Positions 63,235 through 64,000 of a DNA stretch of 64,000 bases are shown here, one piece after another. Made by a program: the position numbers and the translations under genes. The notes beneath the pieces are model-generated. The model was not told where the DNA came from. It saw only the letters and a list, made by a program, of their open reading frames with translations, and did no database searches. Every line of letters begins with the position of its first letter. Position 1 is the first letter of the stretch. Origin of the DNA: Harriotta raleighana (lineage: Eukaryota); assembly GCA_050575255.1 (NCBI GenBank), contig JBNZDD010013719.1, forward strand, positions 9,010,866 through 9,074,865. Reading direction: 5' to 3'.

Positions 63235-63405
63235 TCATTTCAAATCATGACTGTTTGTGCGATGCTGCTATGCGTAATTGGCTGCTGCATTTCGCCCACA
63301 TATTTACAGTCAATTCACTTAACAGTATATTCTGTGAAGCACTTTGAGACGTCTAGAAAATGTGGAAAGTGCTAAATCAAATCCAAGGTTATTATTATTA
63401 TTATC
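63235..63405 (+). mobile_element. tRNA SINE 3' half
   Basis: catgactgtttgtg...aattggctgctgcatttcgcccac...gaagcactttgagacgtct...ttattattatt. Confidence 0.82.
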
Positions 63406-63723
63406 TAGATTTTTCTTTTTTGCTCCCCACTGACAATATAGGTTAAATCAAATAAATTACACCTTTGATACAAGTGTGGAACAATTATTTATAATGCTGT
63501 CTGAAGGGAATTGTTGGTCTATGAGATCAGGAGATGTATTTATGACAAATGAATGTCATTAAAGCTGGGACAATTAAATAAAGTTTATGGTTTATTTTCA
63601 GTTTGGATATCTCTGCAGTCCCTTGACCTAGATTTCAGATGATTGGAGTAACCAAATTATTTGTTTACTCTAGCAGATTGTGAAAGATAATAGCATTTCC
63701 CCCCCCCTCCTCTGTTACTACAG

Positions 63724-63829
63724 GAAATGGGAATTTTTTGGAAGAGATTCTAAATAATCAGGAAAAAACTGATACTGGAGAGATCGGCGTTGTCATGGCA
63801 ACTGGAGGCAGACATCCAGAGAGATCCAG
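63724..63829 (+). CDS. KIAA0586: KIAA0586 coding exon 9 (106 bp); the gene continues beyond the window
   Basis: Bounded by ctacag| and |gtaaaa. It encodes GNGNFLEEILNNQEK...HPERSR; the human sequence is GNVRLLEQILNNN. Phase 1 continues from exon 8. Confidence 0.85.
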
Positions 63830-64000
63830 GTAAAAAAAACTGTTAGCCGCACAACCACCACATAAGTTTTTTTTTCCCCCCTTAATAGGAATTAACTGAG
63901 GATATATCATCTAGCTGCGATCTGTTGAGTTAAAATCTTTCGACTGCTGTTCATGTGTTATATGAACCCAGAATCTTACTTGATTTGGTGCTGTGTTTTC

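Overview
This is vertebrate genomic DNA. The dense tRNA-SINE, DeuSINE, L2 and CR1 repeat landscape points to a cartilaginous fish, probably a chimaera; the species is inferred, not shown. The window holds the syntenic block ARID4A (last 3 coding exons and 3'UTR, +), a TOM20-family gene at the TOMM20L position (5 exons, 151 aa, +), TIMM9 (3 coding exons, 90 aa, -) and KIAA0586/TALPID3 (first 9 coding exons, +, continuing beyond the window). TOMM20L and TIMM9 are tail-to-tail, with 325 bp between their stop codons. TIMM9 and KIAA0586 share a CpG-rich divergent promoter. KIAA0586 has a 27-kb intron (36745-63723). Exons were defined by eye from GT-AG boundaries, phase continuity and recalled similarity to the human proteins. 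Most ORFs in the supplied track are spurious. The most notable unexplained signals are a recurrent ~60-65 nt L2 stem-loop-plus-tail element with a fixed 5' end, inverted ~850-bp MITEs flanking KIAA0586 exons 6-8, RFX X-boxes inside the ciliary gene, and a TATA/Inr/mini-intron unit inside the giant intron. I found no convincing new protein-coding system.
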